Of a DNA stretch of 64,000 nt, positions 55,441 through 64,000 are shown in pieces (positions within the stretch are counted from its first letter, which is position 1; each line of letters starts with the position of its first letter). The translations under genes and the position numbers were made by a program. The notes beneath the pieces are model-generated. The model was not told the origin of the DNA, did no database searches, and saw only the letters and a list, made by a program, of their open reading frames with translations. Where the stretch lies: contig JBJEQN010000103.1 in the NCBI GenBank assembly GCA_051881775.1, positions 14,604 to 78,603 of the forward strand. The letters are read 5' to 3'. This DNA comes from Oscillospiraceae bacterium. Its GTDB lineage: Bacteria > Bacillota > Clostridia > Oscillospirales > Ruminococcaceae.

Positions 55441-55563
55441 TCAGAACGCCATACTGTTTTCGGCATTATATTTTTTACGGCAGAGGAAATAAAAGCCTGA
55501 GCTGAAATAATAGCTGAAGCCTGCAAAAAATATAAATACGAATAATGCAGCAGCGGTATTCAT
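55441..55563 (-). CDS. possible 40-aa hydrophobic peptide
   Basis: MNTAAALFVFIFFAGFSYYFSSGFYFLCRKKYNAENSMAF, with GGAG 9 nt upstream of the ATG at 55563. No homology evidence. Confidence 0.25.
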   Translation of the reverse strand: MNTAAALFVFIFFAGFSYYFSSGFYFLCRKKYNAENSMAF

Positions 55564-55806
55564 AAGCGTACTCCAAATCAAAATGAATAAATCATAAATA
55601 TTATATACCCCCGTGAGTTTTATGTCAATAGTAAAACTGAAAAAAAGTATTATTTTCGGAAATTTAACATAAAATCCCTGCCGTAAAAAGCAATAATTGA
55701 CCAAATAAAAAATGAAATGAATTTTTAGATATGGAGAGAAAACAAGAAAAACAGAGAGATTTAAAGAGATTTAGGGATATATTTTAAAAATTCGGCAAAA
55801 TGACTA

Positions 55807-55835
55807 TTGACAACCTTTTTTCGAGCGTGTATAAT
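55807..55835 (+). promoter_or_regulatory. consensus sigma-A promoter of rplM-rpsI
   Basis: TTGACA (55807-55812), exactly 17 nt, TATAAT (55830-55835). Confidence 0.75.
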
Positions 55836-55866
55836 ACTAAATGTTGTGTCGGACGTATATCGGTTT

Positions 55867-55916
55867 GTATGATGAGTTGCCTACAAGAGCGATTAACCGT
55901 CAGGCAGGAATCATAC
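55867..55916 (+). promoter_or_regulatory. structured rplM leader (candidate ribosomal-protein L13 leader)
   Basis: GTATGAT...TGCCT...AGGCA...ATCATAC nested helices lie in the roughly 100-nt leader. Confidence 0.4.
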
Positions 55917-55939
55917 TATTATTATAAAGGAGAATGACT

Positions 55940-56368
55940 ATGTCAACTTATATGCCTAAGGCTAATGAAATCAGCCGTAAGTGGTATGTTATTGATGCTG
56001 CCGATAAGCCCCTCGGACGAGTAGCTGCAGCTGCCGCATCAATCCTCAGAGGCAAGAACAAGCCTACTTTCGCTCCTCACGCAGACTGCGGAGATCACGT
56101 TATCATTGTAAACTGCTCAAAGGCAGTTCTCACAGGCAAGAAGCTGGAGCAGAAGACCTTTAAGTGGCACACCGGCTGGATCGGCGGACTTAAGGAAACC
56201 AAGTACAGCGATATGATGAAGAATAATCCGGAAAAGGCAATGGAAATTGCAGTTAACGGAATGCTTCCTAACAATACACTGGGAAGAGCAGCTCTTACAA
56301 GACTCAGAACCTATGCAGGTCCCGAGCACGAGAATGCAGCTCAGAAGCCCGAAATTTACGAGATATAA
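55940..56368 (+). CDS. rplM: 50S ribosomal protein L13
   Basis: MSTYMPKANEISRKWYVIDA...; AAGGAG 7 nt upstream. Confidence 0.97.
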   Translation: MSTYMPKANEISRKWYVIDAADKPLGRVAAAAASILRGKNKPTFAPHADCGDHVIIVNCSKAVLTGKKLEQKTFKWHTGWIGGLKETKYSDMMKNNPEKAMEIAVNGMLPNNTLGRAALTRLRTYAGPEHENAAQKPEIYEI

Positions 56369-56381
56369 GGAGGAAGCTTAG

Positions 56382-56783
56382 ATGTACGAATCAAAACAGC
56401 CCTATTTCTACGGCACAGGCAGAAGAAAAAGCTCCGTTGCAAGAGTAAGAGTATATGCCGGCAGCGGTAACGTTACGATCAACGGCAGAGATATTGACGA
56501 TTATTTTGGTCTTGAAACACTCAAGCTGATAGTAAGACAGCCCCTCGTTCTCACAGAAAATGCAGAGAAGTTTGATATTGTCTGCACAGTAGCAGGCGGC
56601 GGTGTTACAGGTCAGGCAGGCGCTATCCGTCACGGCCTTTCCAGAGCTCTCCTCCAGTATGATGCAGAGCTTCGTCCTGTTCTCAAGAAGGCAGGATTCC
56701 TCACTCGTGACCCGAGAATGAAGGAAAGAAAGAAGTACGGCTTAAAGGCCGCTCGTCGCGCTCCTCAGTTCTCAAAGAGATAA
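56382..56783 (+). CDS. rpsI: 30S ribosomal protein S9
   Basis: The C-terminus ...[16 protein letters not shown] is canonical S9. Confidence 0.97.
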   Translation: MYESKQPYFYGTGRRKSSVARVRVYAGSGNVTINGRDIDDYFGLETLKLIVRQPLVLTENAEKFDIVCTVAGGGVTGQAGAIRHGLSRALLQYDAELRPVLKKAGFLTRDPRMKERKKYGLKAARRAPQFSKR

Positions 56784-56910
56784 TTGCTGCCCTTACAAAT
56801 GGCGTGGTTACGTCATTTGGGGCGAGTTTATCACCACTTTGGTCAACTTTTGGACAACTAAATATTGCTTTAAAAGCCTCCTTGTTTCGCACAGGGAGGT
56901 TTTGTCTTTT
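56776..56910 (+). terminator. region containing the rpsI terminator (hairpin 56777-56799 plus T-run to 56910)
   Basis: CCTCCTTG / CAGGGAGG stem followed by TTTTGTCTTTT. Confidence 0.65.
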
Positions 56911-57058
56911 ATTCGGGTATAGAAAAAGCGCCTTTTTATACTAAGTTCATATCATTCTATAGACAAATCCGACAGCTATAATCCAGCCCTCGGCGTCAAG
57001 CTCCCTTGCAAGGCACCAAGCATTGCTGTGATTTCCGCAAAATTGATATTGACGATAA

Positions 57059-57087
57059 GATAGAAAAATGGTATAATATATTAGATA
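57059..57087 (+). promoter_or_regulatory. candidate sigma-A promoter of the tmk cluster
   Basis: TTGACG (57059-57064), 17 nt, TATAAT (57082-57087). Confidence 0.6.
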
Positions 57088-57114
57088 TATCAATAAAAAG
57101 GATGTTTGCGCCTT

Positions 57115-57780
57115 ATGAACAGTAAACTTATCGTCATTGACGGGCTGGACGGCAGCGGAAAAACAACTCAGTTCGACATTATAGGCAGGGAGCTTCGGGA
57201 GAAATACGGCAATGTTAAGATGATCAGCTTTCCCGATTACGATAAGCCTTCCTCGACCCTTGTTAAAATGTACCTGAACGGAGAGATCGCTCCCGACGCA
57301 GGGCAGGTCAACGCTTATGCCGCTTCAAGCTTCTATGCTGTTGACAGGTACGCAAGCTACAAGATATACTGGGAGGATTTCTATAAGAACGGCGGTATCG
57401 TTCTTGCAGGCAGATATGTTTCCTCCAACGCCATACACCAGATGTCTAAACTGCCCGAAAATGAGTGGGACAGCTACCTTGAATGGCTTGAAGATTACGA
57501 ATACGGCAAGCTGGGACTGCCAAGACCGGACTGCGTTATTTTCCTTGATATGCCCGTGGAAATTTCCCAAAGGCTTATGACAGCAAGGTATAACGGCGAT
57601 GAAAGCAGGAAAGATATTCACGAGGCGAATGTGGAATATCTCAATACCTGCCGTAAGACCGCTCTTTATGCGGCGGAAAAGCTGGGCTGGAGCGTTGTTG
57701 AATGCAGCGGCGGCGGAGAGGCTCTTCCTATTGAAGAAATAACCGAAAAAATCAGAAAAATCATATACAGCAAGCTGTAA
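57115..57780 (+). CDS. tmk: thymidylate kinase family protein
   Basis: P-loop IDGLDGSGKTTQ and the DRY motif. ATG at 57115. Confidence 0.7.
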   Translation: MNSKLIVIDGLDGSGKTTQFDIIGRELREKYGNVKMISFPDYDKPSSTLVKMYLNGEIAPDAGQVNAYAASSFYAVDRYASYKIYWEDFYKNGGIVLAGRYVSSNAIHQMSKLPENEWDSYLEWLEDYEYGKLGLPRPDCVIFLDMPVEISQRLMTARYNGDESRKDIHEANVEYLNTCRKTALYAAEKLGWSVVECSGGGEALPIEEITEKIRKIIYSKL

Positions 57781-57814
57781 AATCAAGTTTTGCGGCTTTA
57801 ACGGAGTACCCATA

Positions 57815-58696
57815 ATGTTCGATTTCAGAAAAATTGAATTAAAAGACAGGGAATGGATAAACGAGCTGCTGAAAAAATCGGATTTCAGAGGCTGCGAATA
57901 TTCCTTTGCCAACAATTTTGCGTGGCACAGACTTTATGAAACAAAGATATGCCGCTATAAAGACTTCTACATTTCCTGCTCGGAGAAATACGGTCTGAGG
58001 TTTACCTATCCTGCTGGAGAGGGCGACAGAAAAGAGCTTTTTTCCGCACTGAGAAGGTATGCCGAGGAGCGGAACCGTCCTTTGGTGGTCTCGTCCGTTC
58101 TTACGGAAAATCTTGCGCTGTTTGAGGAGTATTTCCCCGGAGAATTTACAGTTTCCGCAGATGAAGCAGACTTCGACTACATCTACAGCGCCGAAAAGCT
58201 GCGTTCTCTTTCGGGCAAGAAGTACCACGGAAAAAGAAATCACCTCAACCGCTTTTACGAAAACAACTGGAGCTATTCAAGGCTGTCCGAGGCGGATTTT
58301 GACGAGTGCATAGCCTTTGCGGTAAAAAGCTACAACGACAATGATTCCTACAGTGATGAATCCGCCGTTGGAGAGCAGTACGCCATAAACACCTTCTTCA
58401 ACTATTACAATGAGCTGGGACTTTTCGGCGGAGTGATAAGAATTGATGGAAAGGTGGCAGGCTTTACAATAGGCAGCCGCATCAATTCCGACACAATGGA
58501 CACCCACATTGAAAAGGCGGAAAGCGGTATAAACGGCGCTTACACCGCTGTTATGAACGAATTTGCAAAGGACGTTTCGGAAGAGTTCACATATATAAAC
58601 AGGGAAGAGGATCTTGGCATAGAGGGTCTGCGCAAGTCCAAGCGCTCCTACTGCCCCGAATTTCAGATAGTAAAAAACACGGTCACATTCAGATAA
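57815..58696 (+). CDS. DUF2156 domain protein (lysyl-PG synthase C-terminal-like, GNAT fold)
   Basis: The N-terminal pattern KDREWINELLKKSDFRGCEYSFANNFAW and a length of about 290 aa are typical of the family. Confidence 0.65.
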   Translation: MFDFRKIELKDREWINELLKKSDFRGCEYSFANNFAWHRLYETKICRYKDFYISCSEKYGLRFTYPAGEGDRKELFSALRRYAEERNRPLVVSSVLTENLALFEEYFPGEFTVSADEADFDYIYSAEKLRSLSGKKYHGKRNHLNRFYENNWSYSRLSEADFDECIAFAVKSYNDNDSYSDESAVGEQYAINTFFNYYNELGLFGGVIRIDGKVAGFTIGSRINSDTMDTHIEKAESGINGAYTAVMNEFAKDVSEEFTYINREEDLGIEGLRKSKRSYCPEFQIVKNTVTFR

Positions 58697-58718
58697 AATC
58701 ACGAAAGGACAGATAAAA

Positions 58719-59261
58719 ATGATATATGCTTTTCTTGCTCAGGGCTTCGAGGAAATTGAAGCAATTACCGTTATTGACATTCTCCGCCGTGCAGGCAAAG
58801 AGGTGGTCACCGTCGGAATAGGCGGCAGGAACATTACGGGCGCTCACGGAATTGCTGTTACAGCCGATACAGATGATAAGTCTGCAGTTCTTGATGAAAG
58901 GCTGGAAATGGTATTTCTCCCCGGCGGTATGCCCGGAACTCTTAATCTTGATAAGTCGGACTTTGTTGAAAAGACACTTGCATACTGTACAGCAAATGAC
59001 CTTTACATTGCTGCAATATGTGCCGCTCCCTCTGTTCTGGGTCACAAGGGCGTTCTTGAGGGCAAAAAGGCTTCCTGCTATCCCGGATTTGAAAAGGAAC
59101 TGAAGGGCGCAGAGGTTTCTTACGACCCTGTTTCCGTTGACGGAAAGGTCATTACTTCAAGAGGTCCTGCCACAGCTATGGCTTTTGGTCTGAAGCTGGC
59201 GGAGATAACTGTCTCTGCGGAGGCTGCAAAGAAAACAGGAGAAGGCATGTTATGCAGCTGA
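58719..59261 (+). CDS. DJ-1/PfpI family protein
   Basis: GFEEIEA...PGG...nucleophile-elbow context AAICAAP. Confidence 0.85.
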   Translation: MIYAFLAQGFEEIEAITVIDILRRAGKEVVTVGIGGRNITGAHGIAVTADTDDKSAVLDERLEMVFLPGGMPGTLNLDKSDFVEKTLAYCTANDLYIAAICAAPSVLGHKGVLEGKKASCYPGFEKELKGAEVSYDPVSVDGKVITSRGPATAMAFGLKLAEITVSAEAAKKTGEGMLCS

Positions 59262-59866
59262 ACTCCGGAAAAAGCACCTTCAATCTTAAAGAATACAAGA
59301 AAAAGCTCCGTGACGGCTACAAAAAGCTGAGAACAGATATGCTGCCCGAAAAAAAGGCGGAGCTTGACAGGAAAATATGCGAAAGATTCTTGGCAACGGC
59401 GGCTTATAAGAACTGCTCAGTGCTGATGAGCTATGTTTCAACGGAAATAGAAGTTGATACCTCGGGAATAATTGAAGCCGCACTTAAAGACGGCAAGACC
59501 GTTGCTGTGCCGAAGTGCGTTGATGGTACAAGGGATATGATATTTTATGTTATAACCTCAAGGGAGCAGCTTGAACCGGGGGCATTCGGCGTTCTTGAAC
59601 CGAATGTGAGCAGGTGTGCCGAGCTTGATTGTTTTGAAGGTGCGGTGTGTATAGTTCCTGCCCTTGCTTACGATATGGAGGGTTACCGTCTGGGTTACGG
59701 AAAGGGCTATTACGACCGTTATCTTTCCTCTCACAAGGGTTTATACAACGTTGGTATAGAATATTGCTGCTGTACAGCTTCAAAGCTTGTCAGGGGCAAA
59801 TTTGACGTTGCGGCAGATATGATTGTAACGGAAAAATATGTTAAAAACTGCCTTGCGAAAAAATAA
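59252..59866 (+). CDS. 5-formyltetrahydrofolate cyclo-ligase
   Basis: The GYGKGYYDR motif near the C-terminus is diagnostic. Confidence 0.85.
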   Translation: MQLNSGKSTFNLKEYKKKLRDGYKKLRTDMLPEKKAELDRKICERFLATAAYKNCSVLMSYVSTEIEVDTSGIIEAALKDGKTVAVPKCVDGTRDMIFYVITSREQLEPGAFGVLEPNVSRCAELDCFEGAVCIVPALAYDMEGYRLGYGKGYYDRYLSSHKGLYNVGIEYCCCTASKLVRGKFDVAADMIVTEKYVKNCLAKK

Positions 59867-60116
59867 GGCAATACCGCACAAAGATTGCGTGCGGAAATTG
59901 CGATGTTCAATAAAATTGAACCGTCAGATTTTTCGTCAGATTGTATCAAAACGATGCAGGAATACTTGATGTATTTAAGGCAAACGACCGCTTCGCATTA
60001 AATATCGTTTGCCTTGGAGTTTTGGTGCAAGATGACGGAAAATATGCAAGCAAGGCGTGCGCAAAGCCGTAAGGCGGTCTTTGTGCGGTATTGCCTTAAG
60101 GGCAGGGAGGCGTAAA

Positions 60117-61502
60117 ATGGATAACAACGAACAGAAAAAAGAATCGCTGGACAATATTCTTGACAGTATAGACAGTGCTATGGCGAAGAAAAATGATTCT
60201 GCAGCCGATGATACCGTTAAAGAAGAAAATGTGACGGAGGAAGCTGCTGCCGAAGAAAATACGGAGCAGCCTGCTTCCGAGGAAAAGGAAGAAGCTGCGG
60301 AAGAGGTCTCTTCTGCCGAAGAGGACGTTCCCGAGGAAGAAACCGAACCCAGCACCGAAGCTGAGGACGAAGACTTTGACGGGGACGATGAAGAAGACGA
60401 AGACGACTATGAAGAAGAGCCTGCTCCAAGGAGAAAAAAGCGCCGCAGGAGAGGTCACGGACGCTTTATTTTCGGCTTGGTGCTTACTGCTTTTATCATT
60501 GCAGCGGCTATACTTCTTGCGGCTTTCGTGCTGAAATTTGCAAAGGAATTCGTGGGAATAGGAAAGTCGGATATTGAGATAGTTGTGGAAATACCCATGA
60601 ATTCAAGCACCGAAGATATTGCGAATATCCTGTATGACGAGGGAATAATAGACAGTACATACCTTTTCAGATTCTATTCCAGAGTGAAAGGCTCGGACGG
60701 CGCTTTTGTTGCAGGTCCTCACACGCTTTCACCCGATATGTCCTATGAGGGAATGGTGGAGGAGCTTATGACGGGTGCCGTTGACGAGCGTGAGTCGGTA
60801 AATGTTGTGTTCCCCGAGGGAATAACCATTTACGAAGCGGCTCAGAAGCTGGAAGAAAAGGGCGTTTGTCCTGCCGACGAGTTTATCCGTGCTTTCAACA
60901 CTTCCGATTACGGCTTTGACTTTGAAAAGCTGGTCAAGGTAAGTCCTCTTAAATTCTACAAAATGGAGGGTTATCTTTTCCCCGACACCTATACCTTCTA
61001 TCTTGAAGAGGACGCAAGAATAGTTGCAAAGAAATTCTGCCGCAACTTTGAAGCGAAGATAACTCCCGACCTTTACGGACGTATGGACGACCTTGAAATG
61101 GAGCTTGAAGAGGTGCTTACCCTTGCTTCAATGGTACAGGCAGAGGCAAGCTCGGTCTACGATATGAAGCGTGTTGCTTCTGTCTTCCTTAACAGACTGA
61201 ACAACCCCGACGAATATCCGCTTCTCCAGTCCGACCCCACAAGAAAGTATGTGGAGGACATTATTCAGCCCAATATCGAGTTCCCGTCAAAGGAAATGTT
61301 CAAAGCGTACAACACCTACGAGGGCGCAGGACTTCCTCCCGGACCTATCTGCAACCCCGGACTTGACGCAATAAACGCAGTTCTTTACCCTGCGGACACC
61401 GATTATTATTACTTCTGCGCAGATATTAACACAGGCGAGGTCTTTTATGCCAGAACTCTTGAAGAGCATGAAGCCAACCTTGTTCTTGCAGGAATTTCGT
61501 GA
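60117..61502 (+). CDS. mltG: endolytic murein transglycosylase MltG (YceG-like) with an acidic N-terminal extension
   Basis: TM helix plus YceG domain (LASMVQAEA catalytic Glu context, LPPGPICNPG). The start is MDNNEQ at 60117. Confidence 0.9.
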   Translation: MDNNEQKKESLDNILDSIDSAMAKKNDSAADDTVKEENVTEEAAAEENTEQPASEEKEEAAEEVSSAEEDVPEEETEPSTEAEDEDFDGDDEEDEDDYEEEPAPRRKKRRRRGHGRFIFGLVLTAFIIAAAILLAAFVLKFAKEFVGIGKSDIEIVVEIPMNSSTEDIANILYDEGIIDSTYLFRFYSRVKGSDGAFVAGPHTLSPDMSYEGMVEELMTGAVDERESVNVVFPEGITIYEAAQKLEEKGVCPADEFIRAFNTSDYGFDFEKLVKVSPLKFYKMEGYLFPDTYTFYLEEDARIVAKKFCRNFEAKITPDLYGRMDDLEMELEEVLTLASMVQAEASSVYDMKRVASVFLNRLNNPDEYPLLQSDPTRKYVEDIIQPNIEFPSKEMFKAYNTYEGAGLPPGPICNPGLDAINAVLYPADTDYYYFCADINTGEVFYARTLEEHEANLVLAGIS

Positions 61503-61523
61503 TTTAAGCGAGGAAATCTTTTT

Positions 61524-62744
61524 ATGGATATTAATAACCTTGAGGTCTTGGCTCCTGCGGGAGACTATGAGCGTTTCAGAGCCGCACTTGATTACGGCGC
61601 AGACGCAGTTTATCTCGGAGGACAGGCTTTCAGCATGAGAGCCGCTCCGCAGAATTTTACGGGCGAGACCCTGAGATCCGCTGTTGAAGAGGCGCACAGG
61701 GAGAACGTAAAGGTCTATCTTACCTGCAACACTCTTCCGAGAAACAGCGAGATACCTCAGTTTGAACAGTTTATGGCGGACGCTGTGGCAAGCGGCGTTG
61801 ACGCAGTTATCGTTGCAGACCTGGGGCTTATGTCGCTGGTGAAAAAATATGCTCCCGATATGGAGATCCATATGTCCACTCAGACGGGCATTGTAAACTA
61901 TGCTTCCGCAAACGAGCTGTACAATATGGGTGCAAAAAGGGTAGTCCTTGCAAGGGAGCTTTCCCTTGAAGAAATAGCCGAAATAAGGGCGAAGACCCCC
62001 AAAGACCTTGATATAGAGGTCTTTGTACACGGTGCGATGTGTATGTCCTTTTCGGGAAGATGTTTGCTGTCCTCTTATCTTACAAACCGTGACGCAAACA
62101 GGGGAGAGTGCGCTCAGCCCTGCCGCTGGGGTTATTATCTTATGGAAGAAAAGCGTTTGGGAGAATACTATCCCGTTTTCGAGGATGAGAAAGGCTCCTA
62201 TATCCTTAACGCCAAGGATATGTGTATGATAGACCACCTTGACGACCTTGCAGAAGCCGGCGTTACCAGCTTCAAGATAGAGGGTCGTGCAAAATCCGCT
62301 TACTATGTTTCAATTATTACAAACGCTTACAGAATGGCTATGGACATTTACAAGTCCGACCCTAATAACTTTAAGCTGCCCGACTGGGTAAGGGACGAAG
62401 TATTTAAGGTAAGCCACAGAAAATACTGCACAGGCTTCTTCTACGGTCACCCCAAGGACTGCCAGTATTACGAAAACAGCGGATATATCCGTGAATACGA
62501 TGTTGTAGCCATTGTTGAGGAATGCAGGGACGGCAGGATATACGCCACCCAGCGCAACCGCTTTATGAAGGGTGACGAGGTGGAGATAATCTCTCCCGGC
62601 AAGCGCTTTGATACAATGCAGGTGAATGAGATATATGACGAAAACGAAGCTCTTATTGACAACGCAAATAAGGCGATGATGAAGCTGTCCATTCCCTGTG
62701 ACAAGGTTTACCCCAAGGGCGCAATTATCCGAATGAAAAAGTAA
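61524..62744 (+). CDS. peptidase U32 family protein
   Basis: LEVLAPAGDYERFRAALDYGADAVYLGG and a Cys-rich central motif (CMSFSGRC...CAQPCR). Confidence 0.9.
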   Translation: MDINNLEVLAPAGDYERFRAALDYGADAVYLGGQAFSMRAAPQNFTGETLRSAVEEAHRENVKVYLTCNTLPRNSEIPQFEQFMADAVASGVDAVIVADLGLMSLVKKYAPDMEIHMSTQTGIVNYASANELYNMGAKRVVLARELSLEEIAEIRAKTPKDLDIEVFVHGAMCMSFSGRCLLSSYLTNRDANRGECAQPCRWGYYLMEEKRLGEYYPVFEDEKGSYILNAKDMCMIDHLDDLAEAGVTSFKIEGRAKSAYYVSIITNAYRMAMDIYKSDPNNFKLPDWVRDEVFKVSHRKYCTGFFYGHPKDCQYYENSGYIREYDVVAIVEECRDGRIYATQRNRFMKGDEVEIISPGKRFDTMQVNEIYDENEALIDNANKAMMKLSIPCDKVYPKGAIIRMKK

Positions 62745-62790
62745 CATAAATTTCCCTTTGGATCAATAAAATTAATTCGGAGGGATATTT

Positions 62791-63123
62791 ATGGATACTA
62801 TTATAAATGAAGAAAACGTTGATAAGGCTGTGACCGAAACCGAAGCGGCTGAGGAAACTGCTGCAGAAGAGCCTGTGGAGCTGACGGAGCTTTTTGCCAC
62901 AAAGCGGAAAACCGTTACTTTAGCGGATACTATGACCTTGCAGGCTATTATCTGCGTTGTGCTTTCCATTGCATATCTTGCGGTAAATATGTTTCTGCCG
63001 GAAATATCGGAGGCGCTTTACAGCGAGTTTGAGCTTAACTACAATATGGAGGCGGAAAGCGCAGAGGAAGTTTTCAAAGCAATAAGCGATTTTATCAATT
63101 CAACGCCGGTGAATTATGATTGA
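62791..63123 (+). CDS. hypothetical small membrane protein (acidic N-terminus, one TM helix)
   Basis: ORF overlapping the start of the next gene by 8 nt. No family recognised. Confidence 0.45.
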   Translation: MDTIINEENVDKAVTETEAAEETAAEEPVELTELFATKRKTVTLADTMTLQAIICVVLSIAYLAVNMFLPEISEALYSEFELNYNMEAESAEEVFKAISDFINSTPVNYD

Positions 63124-63709
63124 GCTTTGCTTCAGAAATATGAAGGTGTGCTTTAAGTTCAGTTTTTTTGCCGCCGTGGCGCTGCTTATGCTTTGCAGCG
63201 GAAGCAGTTATGCCATTTACAGCTTTTACGCCTGCCTTCTTCACGAAAGCGGACACCTTGAGGTGATGCTTCTTTTCGGACAGCCTGTGAAAAAGCTGGT
63301 TTTTTACGGTGCAGGCATAAAAATAATCCGTCCGAGGAATGATATGCTCAATAAATACGGCAGAGAATTATGTATAGTCTGCTCGGGCTGCGCCGTCAAC
63401 TTCGTTATTTACGCTCTGACGGCTGTTTTTCCCTGCACAGCGGCTCTGAGAGAGTTCGGAGAAGCCAACCTTGCCGTGGGAATGTTCAATTTTCTTCCCC
63501 TGAGCTTTCTTGACGGCGGAAAAGCGATGATACTTATGTTTTTCAGGCTTTTTTCCTACGAAACTGCGGAAAGGCTTGAAAAAATACTTAAATGGGTGAA
63601 TATAATTACCGTTCCTGCCGCCGCTGTGATACTTTTTATAGTTGGGCTGCGGAATTTTACGGTGTATGTTACCCTTATTTTTCTTCTGTTTACATCGGTG
63701 ATGATGTAG
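63116..63709 (+). CDS. site-2 protease (M50) family membrane metalloprotease, short form
   Basis: HESGH zinc motif in a TM helix and the NFLPLSFLDGG (NxxPxxxLDG) motif. Confidence 0.65.
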   Translation: MIELCFRNMKVCFKFSFFAAVALLMLCSGSSYAIYSFYACLLHESGHLEVMLLFGQPVKKLVFYGAGIKIIRPRNDMLNKYGRELCIVCSGCAVNFVIYALTAVFPCTAALREFGEANLAVGMFNFLPLSFLDGGKAMILMFFRLFSYETAERLEKILKWVNIITVPAAAVILFIVGLRNFTVYVTLIFLLFTSVMM

Positions 63710-63722
63710 CGGAGCGGAGGAC

Positions 63723-64000
63723 GTATGTTAAAGGATAAGATAGAAAAGCTGCTGCTTCAGGTGAGAACGCCGTCACGATATATCGGCGGAGAACTGAACA
63801 GCGTTGTAAAAGATAAAAGCAAGGTGGATATGCGGTTTGCATTCTGCTTTCCCGATACCTATGAGATAGGTATGTCCCACCTTGGAATGAAGATACTTTA
63901 TTCCCTTACAAATGAACGGGAAAACTTCTGGTGTGAGAGAGTTTTTGCTCCCGACGTTGATTTTGAAAAGCTAATGAGGGAAAACGGCATTCCGCTGTAT
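63723..64000 (+). CDS. radical SAM protein (TIGR03960-like, B12-binding-domain type), N-terminal part; continues beyond the window
   Basis: Hand translation gives MLKDKIEKLLLQVRTPSRYIGGELNSVVKDKSKVDMRFAFCFPDTYEIGMSHLGMKILY...; GGAGGA RBS. Confidence 0.7.

Noticed and set aside
56920-57050. A relatively GC-rich non-coding stretch between rpsI and tmk that might be a gene fragment or small RNA.
   Set aside because: The only open frame is about 20 codons, with no recognisable similarity, promoter or terminator. The evidence is insufficient.
1-64000. Looked for tRNA, rRNA, transposase, integrase, phage or canonical defence genes (restriction-modification, CRISPR-Cas, toxin-antitoxin pairs).
   Set aside because: None is visible in the ORF translations or by eye in the intergenic regions. 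A tRNAscan/Infernal run would be needed to exclude small RNAs formally.

Overview
The window is chromosomal DNA from an endospore-forming Firmicute. It is Clostridia-like, possibly Oscillospiraceae/Ruminococcaceae, but I cannot name the species from sequence alone. G+C is near one half by eye. No rRNA, tRNA, CRISPR array, transposase or integrase gene was seen. Most of the window is housekeeping: ung, a PBP5-type carboxypeptidase, thyA-folA, cobB, nadC and nadA, adhE, the spoIIAA-spoIIAB-sigF operon, a GH2 beta-galactosidase, ddh, purB, pcrA, an aroF-aroB-aroA-aroC cluster, rplM-rpsI, tmk, mltG and a U32 peptidase. There is also an eight-gene L-fucose catabolic operon on the minus strand (fucA to fucI, about 35.9-43.2 kb). 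The most unusual signal is non-coding. A family of strictly 7-nt-periodic purine-rich/pyrimidine-rich arrays occurs as inverted pairs. They occupy most of the wider non-coding junctions of the fucose operon, with further copies at 9.2 kb and 29.8-30.6 kb. In two places these arrays bracket AT-rich cargo. One cargo is a four-helix-bundle gene of the 23S-rRNA intervening-sequence protein family, inserted between fucA and fucO and enclosed by a roughly 22-bp potential stem. The other is a 93-codon orphan ORF flanked by about 111-bp direct repeats, each carrying a terminator hairpin. I do not recognise these arrays as a described repeat family. Secondary points are a BlaI / unknown membrane protein / M56 (BlaR1-like) operon whose sensor domain is not PBP-like, a degenerate prephenate-dehydratase-like protein, and several leader and terminator structures. 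All coordinates for repeats, promoters and hairpins come from hand alignment and need computational confirmation.
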